Origin: Pelomyxa schiedti
Lineage: Eukaryota; Protista; Evosea
Direction: 5' to 3'
Length of the DNA: 64,000 nt
NCBI GenBank assembly: GCA_020536535.1
Contig: JAHLWZ010000693.1
Coordinates: forward strand, 1-64,000
Part shown: positions 13,148-26,537 of the stretch, one piece after another
Layout: each line of letters starts with the position of its first letter
How positions within the stretch are numbered: the first letter of the stretch is position 1
The notes under the pieces: model-generated
Seen by the model: only the letters and a program-made list of their open reading frames with translations
Told to the model about the DNA's origin: nothing
The model's database searches: none
Position numbers and translations under genes: made by a program

Positions 13148-15104
13148 ATGAAGGGTTTTATAGCAGTATTATTACTGTTGGTGGTTGTTGCCTGGGGCCA
13201 GGAGGCGGACTACGACGACTCAGATGTCCTCAAACTGAACGCCGCTAACTTCGACGCTACCATTCAGAAAGACTTCGTCCTTGTCAAGTTCTTCGCACCA
13301 TGTATCGATAACGTTTCTTTTCTTTTGTTTTGTTTCTTTTGGACGCTTTGTTACACCAAATTTGACCCGTTTTTTAGGGTGTGGACATTGCAAGCACCTC
13401 GCCCCAGAGTTCGCCAAGGCAGCCACAATAATGAAGAACGACGATCCCGCTCCAATTTTGGCCGAGGTAATAGTGTACCTTTAATAAAGAAAATAACACC
13501 AATTGACTACAAGGTTGATTGCACTGTTGAGAGTGAACTCGCCTCTCGCTTCCAAGTACAAGGCTACCCAACTCTAAAGATCTTCCGTAACGGTCAGGAA
13601 ACCCCTTACAACGGTCCACGTGAAGGTTAGAGGTGCTCTTCTCCAAATTTTCCTGACATCTTAAAGCGGATGGCATTGTACGCTTTGTGAGATCACAGGC
13701 TGGGCCAGCTGCCAAGCTTCTAGCTACTGCGGAAGCGTTTGATGCTCTTGTCGCAAAGAAGGTTTCAAATACCCTAAAGCATTAATGTTCTTACAACAAG
13801 TCAGGATGATGTCACCGTAATGGGATTCTTTTCAACTGAGGAAAGCAAGCTGAACTTCATGAAAGTAGCAAATACCATGAGAGAGGACTTCCGATTTGCT
13901 CTTGTCACTGATGCCGAGTGCGTTGGGGACACCCCTTTCCTTTCCTTTACTTACCCAAAAAAGGTTAATCAATCAGAAGAACGCTGGCAAGGAAGGCATT
14001 GTTTTGATAAGACCCTTTGAGGGTGAGGAGCCAAGAGTTGAGTTTACTGGTGACGTCACTGATGCTACCGCTGTTAAGCAGTGGGTCCAAACGGCCTCTC
14101 TTCCCGTTGTTGGAATTTTGAAGGCAACAACCGAGAAGCGCTATAACCTATCCCCTCTTCCCAAGTTCGTTGTTTTCACCAAAGTCGACGAGGTTCGTGA
14201 TGTTTCAACAATCAAGTACTACACCAATCGTCTCCGCCGCGTTGCTGCCCAAGCTACTGCGGCCGGACACCCCATGCTGTTCTGTTTAGCAGACAAGAGC
14301 AACAGCCTCTTCACTCAGCTGACATTTGAGGCTGAGAGTACTACCCCCCGCATGGCAATTGTTACCGAACCCTTCAAATTCAAGGCTGACAAGGACTTCA
14401 CTGTCGAAAATGCTAATGCCTTTGTTGAGAGTTATTTCGCAGGAACCGCGGAGAAGTAAGCCTATTCCGTCAAATGACAACCTTCTGAATATTGTTTTAG
14501 GTTCATGAAGTCTCAACCAATTCCCGAGACCAATGACGGACCTGTGAAAGTTGTTGTCGCCAGGTCATTTGACGAAGAAGTCGTCAACAATGATCAAGAT
14601 GTCTTCATTAAGGTTTGGAGGAAGCATTATTTTTATCCTTGACTCTGTGTAGTTCTATGCTCCATGGTGTGGACACTGCAAGCACCTTGCACCAATCTAT
14701 GAGCAACTTGCTGAGAGTAAACCCCACCTTCATAAGTGCGAATTTGTCTAACACCACCAACAGAAATGAAGGCGCACAAGACCCTTAAAATTGTCGAGTA
14801 TGATGCCTCCGACAATGAAGTTCCACCCCACTACTCTGTCCAAGGCTTCCCCACTCTATACTTAGCCAAGGCAAATGACAAGGGCCACCCAATCGCTTAT
14901 GACGGCGAGAGGGAAGTTGACGCTATGGAGAAGTGGCTCCGCGAGCATGTTGCCAACCCTCTTGATACTGAACAACCCCAGGCTGAGGAAAAGAAAGAGA
15001 AGAAGGAGAAGGACAAGAAGGACAAGAAAGAGAAGAAGAAGGAAAAGAAAGAGAAGAAGGAGAAGGACAAAAAGGAGAAGAAGGAAAAGCAAGCTGAGCT
15101 CTAA
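13148..15104 (+). CDS. PDI: Protein disulfide isomerase (a-b-b'-a')
   Basis: Signal peptide; two APWCGHCK sites (the first split by an intron); VQGYPTL and VQGFPTL; K/E-rich tail ending QAEL. Confidence 0.95.
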
Positions 15105-15168
15105 AAACACCCATCACCACCCTACAAGCCAACAGCATTGAAAGAAATTTTTCTTGCGTAGTCTCCTT

Positions 15169-18100
15169 TTATGGTTTTTGTTGGGGTAGATTTTTAAATA
15201 CAGAGATCATAACGTGGTGAAGCTGTGGAGCATCCATTATTGTGAAGTGATTTCCAGGTGCTCGTGAGCAGGTTACCTCGCCGCCTAGCATGGAGAGCCA
15301 CAGCCCCATTGTGGGAATTCCGGTGCGTTGCCTTTGATTGTGTTAGTTGAAAGTGATTGTTGTAATGAAAGTGCCAGTTTGGGTTGATTTATGTTTGTTA
15401 AGAAAGGCAGAGGAAGGCTTACTCCGGAATGGCACCAGGTGTGGTTATCTGGAGTGGATCAGCTTCAGAAGCTAGAACCACAATTGTATGACCGCGGAAA
15501 AATGTGGAATGGTCAAAGGATGCTGTTAGCTTGTTTTCCACTATGGCACAGTTGACCTGGATTTGAACGTGTGACCTCCCTGGTGATGAAGAGAGAATGA
15601 CGGGCTGCATACTTCTTTGGATACATAAGTCATATCAACAGAGTCTAGTCCACACAACCTAAAGAAGTGTTTCCAACAGTTTGGGTTTTGGCAGGCATCG
15701 GTAGGTTCAGGTTCTTCTAAAGCAGTCTTTGTGATACTGTCATTAAGAAGGTGCACCAATTCGTGGTACGGCTTCCTACACATCACCTATGGAAAATAAG
15801 GAATTTACAAATGTGACCACATACAAATGCATAGAAAATCAAGAACATTTCTGTAACGTCTCTATCACTAGAGAAAATGGGCATGCCGGGATTAGGGGGT
15901 TTTATGGGATCAAGGAGTATAAGTTCAACCCGATACCCCTTTTCATACAGTTCTGAGGCCGCCATTATAGCAACTAAGCAGGAATACGATAGACCTAGAA
16001 TATAAACAGGACTGGGTGGCTCATGTTGAGAAATTGAAAGGATGATAGTGCAGTAAATCGAGACAAGCTCAGGTAAGGAGTGAATCTCATTCCCAAGTAG
16101 CATGTCTTCCATGCAAGGGTGATGTAATGCGATGAGAGGTTGGTTATCTGGAATGTGTGGAAGCATTTCGCGATACCATTTCCCATGTGTAGCCCAAGGT
16201 GCTATTACAAACAAAGGAGGGATGTTGGAGGCTGTACTGCCTTGCCGAATGACTACCACACTCTTGGAGTGAATTGGTGAGAGTAGGGGGGAAGAAGGTT
16301 TGATAGAGGCGTCAAAGGTCTTGATGGGCATACTAACGTCGCCAGAGGAAACGCCAGACGCTACAGCATCAATCAATTCTGATACTGAGAGTTCTAGTAT
16401 AGTTGATGGAGTTATTTGGATATTTTTGTTGCACGTTGATAGAATGTTATGTAGCTGAATACTCACAAGTGAGTCGAATAAGCCAATCTTCGCGAGTGGT
16501 GCGTTAGTATCAATTGCAGACAATTCCACGCCGATTGTACTTTTCAATGCTGCCTGGACAATCTGACCCGCGTGCAGATATCGTACATTGCTGTCTAGGG
16601 TGGGGAGAGGCTTATAAACTGTAGACGCAACAACTTTGAAGGAGGTTTTTGTTACATCTCCCGAAGTAGGACTTGGGTTAACAACTGTAACTACCCCTGG
16701 TAAGGAGTGTGCGTTCTGCAAAAGATGTGATAGAGCACGTAAACAACTGTGTACTGGAAAAATGGCAGATAAAGAGTTAGTCAAAGTATTCCGTGAAAGC
16801 CCCATTCCATGCCACTGAGGCCACTGCACAACCATAACATGATGACGAAAGTCGCTCAGGCACACTCCAGTTACAAAAGCTTCCATAGCGGCGTTCGCTG
16901 CAGCATAGCAAGCCTGACCAGGGGCCCCATACAAAGCAGACAGGGAAGAGAAGATGCTGATCACGCAAGGATTCGTCGCTGACACGGTACTCCGCAGAGC
17001 ACCAAGAAGAGACACTGCACCACCAAGCTTGGGTCTCAGGGTGTGCTCAATAAGTTGCTGTGAAATGAACTCGAATTTTGCATTCCCTGCAACAGCTGCA
17101 CAGTGAAAAAGAGTATTCAAAGAGGAACTTGCACTAAAGACTTGTTGAAGAGCCTCCACAGTCGATTTGCTTTCACTGATGTCAACTTGTAATTGATTGG
17201 GGGAGGAGAGTTTCGTCCTACTGAAGCCCCAAACTGTGTTGGCTGAATTGGATTTGCACCACGAGGTAATTAGTTGTGGAATTGCACCGGAACTGCCAGT
17301 AATCAAAACATCTTTATTTTTAAGATCATGAGGTGAACGGCAAGTTATTGACAGCGGTTCGATTTGTGGAATATAACGCTGATGCTGTCGGAAGGAAATT
17401 ATGGAATAACTCCCTCCACCAAGAGAAGAGAGTCTCTTCATCGATTTAAGTGCTTCGTGGGCCATAGTGTTTACTACATCATTGTCAATGGATGACGGGC
17501 ATGCTAAATCTACTACTGATACAACTAGGTTAGGATCTTCTAGGCATAAAGACTTCACAATGGCAACAAGAGCAGCATACAGGGGGGATGGAGGGTAATT
17601 TCCAGTCACAGGAATATAAAAGGCGCCAAAGGTGACCAATTGTACACAGGATTTTAGACCAACCCTGGTAGTGCGTTGGCAAAAGGTTTGAAGAACGGAA
17701 ACGGTCTCGTAAAGTTTACTAGAGAGGACTGTGCAATCAGAGCTTTGGGCATCAGTTTCTTCAAAATTGGCAATTACTACGAGCAGAGGAACCGATGAGC
17801 GGAGGTTTTTTAGTGTGTGGCTTGTGCTCGAGGTTATATAAGATGCAGAGCTACTCAAACAGCTTGTCCATCCCCCAAGCGATTTCAAATGTATCGAGTA
17901 GGTATTTGCCCATTGTAGTCCAGGATTTTGGTGCCTCATTGTAAGGACAACAGCAGTAATTCCACGACTGGTGTGCGAGAGCGGAATCTCCCTTTTCTTC
18001 GACTGCTTCCAGCAACACTGATATAAAAAACTTCTAACATCTTGAGGTGAAGCTGTAGTCAGGTCACTCATAATTACTTCTGGGCTGACTAAATGCATTT

Positions 18101-21100
18101 TAAGGCCTTTAACAACTAAATCCATTGTTCCCTCAGAAAATGGAAGTAGTGATGCGCGCATGTCACTCTTCGGTTCACATCTCTTAGCAAATATCTTGCC
18201 TACTAAGGTGTTACTGTCTGACCCATATGGAGATTTGAGTTTCACAATAACATCAAGTGTAAGAGGTCCGTCCAGTAGCGAGCTTACCTCAAAATATGAT
18301 ATGTGAAATGGAACCCACCACTTCTTTGCACTGCTAGTAGGTAAGAGGAGAAGAGCGCCAAATGCACACCCCTGTAAGCAGGCATCCAATGTCCTAGTCA
18401 CCTGTTCCACTTGAATGTGATTTGTGTCCTCTTCCATTTTAACGCGCGTCATAATGAGGATGTTCCACTTCGTTTTTCGTAGGATTAGAACTTGCTGTAC
18501 CAGTTGAAAAGCCTTTCCATATTGGAATCCTTGCTTCTCCAAAAGAGAATAAAAGGGATGGGCATCCTCAGGAGTAGTGCTACTAAGCTCAGAATCTTTA
18601 ATTTTTGGAATTTTTACAGGAACCTTGCTTGATATGTCTCCACTACAATACAATGGTGTTAACTCAGCCGTAGATGCACTGCCATGGATTGAGAAAGTAC
18701 ACTTTTTCCCATTTTCCGTAAAATTGACATCAATTGGAGTGCCTGATTCTACAAGCAGTGCTTTGTGTACATGAAAAGATGAAATGCATCGGACAGGTGT
18801 TTCTGATAGAATAGAGGCAATAAAATAGGTGGCTGGGGCAATATTGATCCCAAAGAGTTTATGTTCTGAAATCAGAGGAAGGGAGGCGGGATGAAGCTGA
18901 AATTTGGAAGTTCCAACAGATACTGGGGAAGTGAGATCTTCTCTGTCATATTGATAGGTTGGGAGGGAGAGGATGTTGTGTTTTGTTGGAGGGAACACTA
19001 TATCCATGAGTGTTTTCCAATTTACAGCAACCCCATTTTCCCATAACTTGCCAGCCACTCCAATAACATGCGCGAAGACAGTTGGGAATGTTGGGGTCTT
19101 GACATCAAAAAGGTCTAATTGCTTTGTTCCATTCTGAAAAAGAATGGAGCTGGAAAAAGGAGTCTTGGTACCAGAATTCATTAACTGCTCCCAAGAAGAT
19201 AAAAGTAAGTCTGAAGAAAATTCCTTCCCCTCGAATGTAATATTACGGGGGATCAGTGCACTTTGATTTGGAGGTAGAGATGCAGTACTGTTCGACAATA
19301 AAAAAGCTATCACTATGCTTTGTGGAGAGCACGCATCTCTCTTTATTTCGATTGGGGTTTCATTTAACATTAAAGATTCTTTCAGAAGCCAAAAAATGGT
19401 GCAGACAGTGGCTATGTGCTGTCCAACGTGAGAGGGAAGTAAAGATAATAATTTTCCTATTATTGAATTCTGTGTTGGACTCAGGTTTGCAATTAGCGAG
19501 ACTGGAAATGTTCGTGCACAAGTACATTCGTGAAAATACATTGCTAGAGTTGAGTCGTCTGCAACTGTAGGTTGTACATCTGCTAGGCGATGGAGCGTGT
19601 CAGTCAAATCACCCAGCGAGTTGCAAAGGAATGAATAACGATTCCTGTAATGTGGTCGATGCATGGCAAGAGTATATGCAATATCGTCGAGTGATAAAAA
19701 TTGTGCTTGCGCAGACAACTTCTGTGAGTGATCCCATAGAACTCTACTATAGAGATGCAAAGAAGTTTCCGTCTGCGCAGAGAGCAGAAATAGGCTAGTG
19801 TGGCTGCTAGATGCAACAGACAGATTTGTTAAATTGTTGTGGGGTATCATAGCTGGTTTGTGATGACACTCCACGGCAAGTAGTGCATGTGCATTTGTGC
19901 CACCCAAACCAAAGCTGCTTACACCACACACACGTACTTCATTTTGGTTCCACCTGTTACTTCGAGGGGTAGTATGAAAGCAAGTCTTAGTGAGATTCAG
20001 ATTGGCATCTTCACCCCCACTATTCGGAAGTGAAATGTCTGAAGGAAATAACCCAGAGTCAAGGCAAAGTGCACACCGAATCAATCCAGCAATTCCTGAG
20101 GCTGTGTTTAGATGCCCAACTGCTTTTTTTACTGACGTAAGGAGGCACTGATTTGGTGTAGTTACAGAGTGAAAGACCTTAGACAGAGCCTGAACTTCCA
20201 CTAAAGCAAAAGTACTTTAGAAAAATGCAAGAAAGTATTCAACAACCTTGATCTCCTATGATTGTGCCTGTTGCATGAGCTTCTAGGAGGGAAATCATAC
20301 CCATTGAAAAAGTGGCCCCAAGAAACCGTGTCACCTCATTGGTATTGCAAGAATTGATACAGTCTTCAATTACACGCTGTTGCCCATGGATACTGGGAGT
20401 GGTGAACCCCGCTTTCTCTTTACCATCATTATTGATGTGAATGTTCAGTATTGTAGCATAGACATGATCACCATCGTTTATAGCACTGGTCAGTCTTTTG
20501 ACACACACAGCACCCCCACCATTAGATAGCACTGTTCCTGTTCTATTTTTGTCAAAAGGTCTGCAGAAACCATCAGTCGAGAAGATAAGACCACCATCAT
20601 TGCAGGTTTGTGGCATTCTTACTGAAACGCCTCCAACAACAGCAAGGTCACATTCGCGGGATCTATCACTACTGGTTAAAAAAAAAAATAAAGTTGTGAA
20701 GGTGCACACAGTAAGGAATGTTTGGCCTGATGTAAAGCAACGAGTGAACTGCTGCAAGCTGTGTTAACCATTATTGACGGTCCTTGAAAGCCAAATACAT
20801 AGGAGGATTTCAGAGGAACGAAATCCGGCACACTCCCCAGAAGGGCAACCATCTTCTCAGGAGTATTGGCAGCTGAGGGAGGTACAACGGAGGGAGGAGC
20901 AACACCACAAAATACCCCCACATTTGTCACGTGTGTAGTAGAGGGAAATGGGGCATAACCGGCATGTTCCAAGGCAGAGTAGCATATCTCTAACCACAAG
21001 AGTTGTTGTGGGTCACTTTTTTCTGCCTCCAAACGTGACATGCGGAAAAAAGAGTAGTCAAACCATCCAAGACCCTGAAGGATACCAGAAGACGCGGTCA

Positions 21101-24100
21101 CTGAAGGAGCATCCTTCGAAGGAACTCTCGTAAGACACTCCTCACCCCCACAAATAACGCTACTCCAAAAAGAATCCAGGGAGTTTGCTTGTCCTGGCCC
21201 ACGAAATTCCATCCCTATAATGGCTAGCAAAGAATCATAGGAGACGATATCGTTGCGTTCTGGATGAGGATAATGAATCACACTTCCAGGGTCATTTGAG
21301 GAGATTGCATTCGACATAAAGCATGCAAGTGAAGTTGGGGTGGGGTAGGTGTACAGGTCAATGATCTGTAAATTAGGCCACTTCTGGAACAACAGTTGGT
21401 AGAGCTTAACTAGTGTGAGACTTGAACAACCCAAGTCAAAGAATGGGAGCGCTCTTTTCTCATACAGGTGATGTAGCTTGGTCCCCAAAACTAGTTGCAA
21501 ACTCTCCAAAATTTCTGTGCATAGTGCTGTTGCCATGCCCAAGTCTTCTGAACTGGGTATCTTACTTGGGGGTGCTTTTTCAAGTTCTTTCATGTGTTGC
21601 GACAGTAGCAGAGATCTGTCAAGCTTTCCACTCGGTGTGACTGGAAGATTTTCTTGTATAATTATCTTACTTGGGATCATTGAGGCAGGAATGTGTTGTG
21701 AGAGGTGCTCAACCATACTGCCTGGAGAGAGTTTTCCTGTTTCTCCGGCTTCAATAAATGCAACCAGACTATCCTCACATGTGACTGGGTCCTTATACAA
21801 ACTAACAACACAGGCAGTGACATAGTTATTGTGAAGTATGGCAGTCTCGATTTCGGAGGTCTCCATACGAACACCCCTGATCTTCACCTGAAGGCAGAGT
21901 CAGAAGTGTAGGGTGGCAATTGAAAGACCTGCAAATCTCTTCTCGTCAAGAACTCTAAATTTCCATCGGAAAGTACGCGGCAAATATCTCCAGTTTTGAA
22001 CCAAGTACTTGTGTTTGACTCGTAGAAGCCACCAGGGCCTTGGTATCCAAAATACCCTAAAGCAACTCCAGGACCGCCAATGTGTAACTCACCCTCCAAG
22101 TACGGTGCTCCTCTTTCAGTATCTGGTGGTATGTTGAATTCCATGTTGCGTATTGGCTTTCCAATGGGAACACGTTCATTGTACCAAGGAACAGAAGAAT
22201 TGGGATGATTTTGCTTAACAGCAGCCGCGAGTTGAAGGAGATCTTTGGGGAATACAAACATTGTACAGAACACAGTTGTTTCTGATACCAAGAAAGGGTG
22301 AGCAACAACTTTAAAACCCAAGTCATACCTGTGGGACCATAAGCATTTACAAGGGTGAGTGCTGGAAGAGCAGTTTGAAGGTCACAAAGGTGCTTGAAAA
22401 TGATCGGCTCAACACCTTTGAGAATTCACTATGGTTCAAAGAGAATTGCTTTACCAGTTAATATCCTCTTCATTGATGGTACAACAATCTCTCCTGTTCT
22501 TAGCATATCGACAAGTGAAGGAATAAATGCAGGTGGCACAAAAGCAGACGTAACACCATTATTCTTTAAGAAAGAGAAGTACTCTCTCTTACTTCTACGG
22601 ACTGCATCGGGACAGATAACAAGTGAGGCACATGCTGTTAGAGGAGCAAGAATTTCAAGAACTGAGACATCAAAATGCGATGGAGTCCACATTGATTGTG
22701 TGAACTGTGGAGGGAGAGGAGGTTTGATGTCCTCCATAAAGCATGACAATAAATTTAGAGTACTCCTGTGGGATACACAAACACCCTTTGGCGTACCTGT
22801 TGTTCCTGATGTAAAAATAATATAGGCAGTTATTTGGGGAATGCATTTGGCCACAGGAGAGCATGAGTTGGAGTAGAAAGAGGGCTCATTGCTGGATCGT
22901 ACTTTGTAGTTCCCCGCAATGTGGGAGCTAAAAACGACAATGCTACATTCCACAGTTTCTTTAGAAGGGGATGATTTCTTGCAATTGGGAAGAATTTCGA
23001 AAGCTATCACCAAGTTGCTTCCGCATATGGCTTGGGCTAGTGGGTGCAATGGTTTGCTGCAAAGGATAACACATGGTGACAACTTGTTGACAATTTTCTG
23101 CAACCTTGAAATTGGGCTTTGTGTGTCCAGTGGAATATAAATACGTTCACAGATCCAAGTAATAGCGGCAGCCAAGGCATACTCAATGGAGGGTTGGGAC
23201 AATACAATTACCCGAGATGATGTGTAAGGAAGAAGAGCACTAAATGCACGAGAGGTTCTCATGATGGTCTGGTAGGTACAGAAAAATTCATTGTAACAAA
23301 TAGCGGGATAAGAAGGTGTCTTGCAACAGGACATGGAAAGAAGTTGCCCAATAGTTGAAGAACTGGGTTCACTCAATGTTGATAACTGTGTTGGGTGTAC
23401 TTGTTCAGAGACTATGTGGGGCATTTCAAGTTGGAGGGGAGCATCTGGTTTTAGACACGCTACTGGATTGTTAAGTGGTTGTCTCATTTGTAGAGTGGCA
23501 AACTGTGAAAAACGATTCAACATATTGGAAGCCACTGATGTGCTTATATCCGGGCAATGTTGAAGTTTTGCAAAGTAACCACCACCATTTGGAATAATAA
23601 GTAGACTGAGAGGGAAGGCCACTGATTCATCAGGTATTTCCAGACTCTCACAGGCACCTATGCCAAATAAATGTTTCTCACTCAAGTGCCCACCACACTG
23701 GCAGAAGTGGGGACTCAAGTCTTGGCATGGGTCTGGGAGTGATTGGATTCCAAAATAAACATGTGGGCGAATGAGAGCTTTATTTTTGGATGGAAATAAC
23801 GATTGCGACACCTTGGAAAAAGGGATTCCTCTGAATTTTTTACTATCCATCACTTGTTGTCTTATTTGTAAAATGTACTCAGCAAAATTTGGTAGCCTAT
23901 TGGTAAAATCCAGTATTGAGCGGATAAGAATGGTGTTTGCGTAACAAAAAATAACAGATCTATCCTGCGCACTTCTTAAAGTAGCAGCAGTTCCAATGAC
24001 AATGTCATCCTGACAAGAAATTGAATGTACAAACAGTGTCCATAAAGAAAGTAAAATCGTAAATTGTGAAGCCCTGTTACAAATCAGAGGAAGGTAACAA

Positions 24101-26221
24101 ATAGAGTCCGGACACACTGAAACATGTCCATTGCCTTCATAACTAACTCTTTGAATGTGGTACCCAAGGCACAAGAAACTGAGCTTCCACGAAAGGATGA
24201 ACTGGCAGCAGAACCACGCACAAACGGCAAATTTAATGTCATAATACTGCCATTAAGAAGTGACTTCCAATGACCGAGTGGTTCTACTGCTGGGAGACAA
24301 CGAGTTGAGAGATGAAGATTCCATATGACATATGGTATAGTTGTTTGAGTACCCAGAGTGAAACCCGAGGACTTGCCCTCATATGCCTCCTTAATTCTAT
24401 GGAAAAGGGCGGCAGCACTAAATAAGTCTGTACATAGATGGTGCACTGCAATACCAATTGCTGTATTCAAAACAGAAGTCCTACATGATAGGAAAAACAC
24501 GCAAGCTCTCAGATATTGCCCGTTAGAGGGGCCCAACATTGGTTGATGCAAAAATTGCCCAACCTTTTCTCATGTGAGGAAAATATTGGGCAATTTCTGC
24601 TTTTAACCTTAGTTGCGATGCGTGTCTTCATTTCAGTTGGAGACAGCGCCTCTGTAATGGTTTCATTGATAAATGCACATTCAAAAGACGTTGACATTTG
24701 CTTATGCATCTCTCGCACAGAGACTGGACAGCAATACAGTGAGCCGTCCCCTTTATTTACATAGTACTTTGTTCTGAGGATTTCGTTCTCTTCCACTGCA
24801 TCCTGACAGGCACAGTAAAACCTTTTGGTGTCCAAACACCCGCCATCAAAGCACCCAGTAAACATGTTATGAAGCAATGAGTGATGTTGTGGTGGAATAT
24901 ATTGCTGAAGTGACCAAAATTCTTCTTGAATGGAAGAAGCAATATAAGGACAGTGGCTCCTATGCACACAAGAATACATATAAACAAGGGACACAAGTAA
25001 ACGACTGTAGAGAGCCAGCACGGTATATCCTCCTGGTTCAGGAAGAAACCAGTAGTGACTGGCTAGAAGTTGATGAAAATCCCGGGTTTGTTTTTGACTG
25101 AGATGTTGATTGATGGATAAGTTTTCTGCCAAACCACAAGTCAGGCATGAAAATTGGTGCCAAGTTGGGATATGTTGCAGAAGAGAGTTCAAAGCTAAGG
25201 GTTCTGGAATAGTAAGAAAAGGTGGCATATTCACCACTTGTGGTAATTTCCGTGCTACGAACGCTCGCACCCAGTTTTCTACCTTATCTTGGAAAATGGA
25301 TGAGACTTCCACACTTGTCGCTGCCTCCACCATTTCCGGACACTGCAAATTGCATTGATACGAGGGAGCAACCCATAGGCCAAGCCAGTCCACTGAAATT
25401 CCGTGATTTGACAGCACACACAGTGCGGAAAGGAACAAAAGGGGTGTGCTGCAGTCACACGTGCACAGTCTGTCTCTTGGTCTACATATGAAGTCAATAT
25501 CCTCCCATGAATGAGCAAGAATCACAGCAGAATTCCCATAATCTCCCTTTGCGCCGGGATCAGTGTATCCCTCGTTCTCTTGCTGTAGAGGAGAAACGGC
25601 AGGGGTCACAAATCCTAGAATATCGCACTGGACTCCAATACTACCCATAAGTGACTGTAAGCGGGTGGCGTGGTCCAAATCCGGGTTTGAATCTGTCTGT
25701 TGCGGCAGTAGTTGATCGCCGGTGGGGTGCAAGTACGAGTCGCCAAACCTTTCAGCGAACGCATTTGATCTGCCGGACCACCCCGCTTCAGTGTCCCCGC
25801 CACTTCCAAGTACCAAACAAAAAACGACGCCGGCAGATCGTCCTCCATCTCGATCCTCCGTGGAATCTCGTTCAGCTTGTCTTCCTGGTTGCCGGACTCC
25901 TTCGCGCTGAGGGAATCCCTCAAGGGCCCTGAGCACATCGCCGATGGATCTCACCACGACGGCGCGGCCGCGATCGTCGTACGAGCTCAAACTCGCACCC
26001 TCTTCGGCGCTTCCTGAAGTGTCTGGTCCGCTTACGCTTTTGTTGTCGGTGTTGGTGGCGCTGTCGGACGGACGCACGCAAGCTCGCTGGGAGAGGAGCT
26101 GGGAGGTCACGCATATGGAGTCGAGGAGATCTTCCCCTGGTTTCCACAACGACGACCACGCGGCAACGTCGGTCGTACAGCCGCTGGGCACCACGAGTAC
26201 ATTGCCCTTGTCGTTCTCCAT
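15169..26221 (-). CDS. Hybrid NRPS-PKS megasynthase: (PKS remnant)-C-A-T-KS-(AT remnant)-DH-KR-ACP-TE
   Basis: C: HHLCTDL, EILRTKY. A: YIIFTSGTTGTPKG, FDVS, NAYGPTE, GELHIGG, FKTGD, KIRGVRME, PVTPSGKLDR. T: FFDLGCSSL. KS: DPQQ, NTACSSS, EAHATGT, KKAVGH. DH: HKLFGINIAP, LDACLQ. KR: ITGSSGAI, YAAAN. ACP: GLFDSL. TE: GLSYS, PGNHF. The ORFs are joined by short GT-AG introns. Confidence 0.93.
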
Positions 26222-26537
26222 AAGCTTTCCGTCAAAACGAAAGAAAAAAGCACTCCTTCTGTGCTTAAAACACGTGTTTTAAGCACATTTTTTCCTATCC
26301 TTCTGCGAACATGGATGTCCCTGTTGCACGACTAGATGGAGTGAGTCCGGCAGAGACAACAGGGCAATCCTCGATCTGTGAGTGCACGCCCACGGAGGAT
26401 TGGAAAGGGCTGGCCTCAGGAATGGTCCTCAGCACGATCTCCTTCGGACTTCGGTAAAAATGGCATTCCCTGCTCGAATTTTGCTAAGTCGTGATGGCCA
26501 AAACCAAAAAAAAAACTAAGTCACAAAGGCAAGTATC

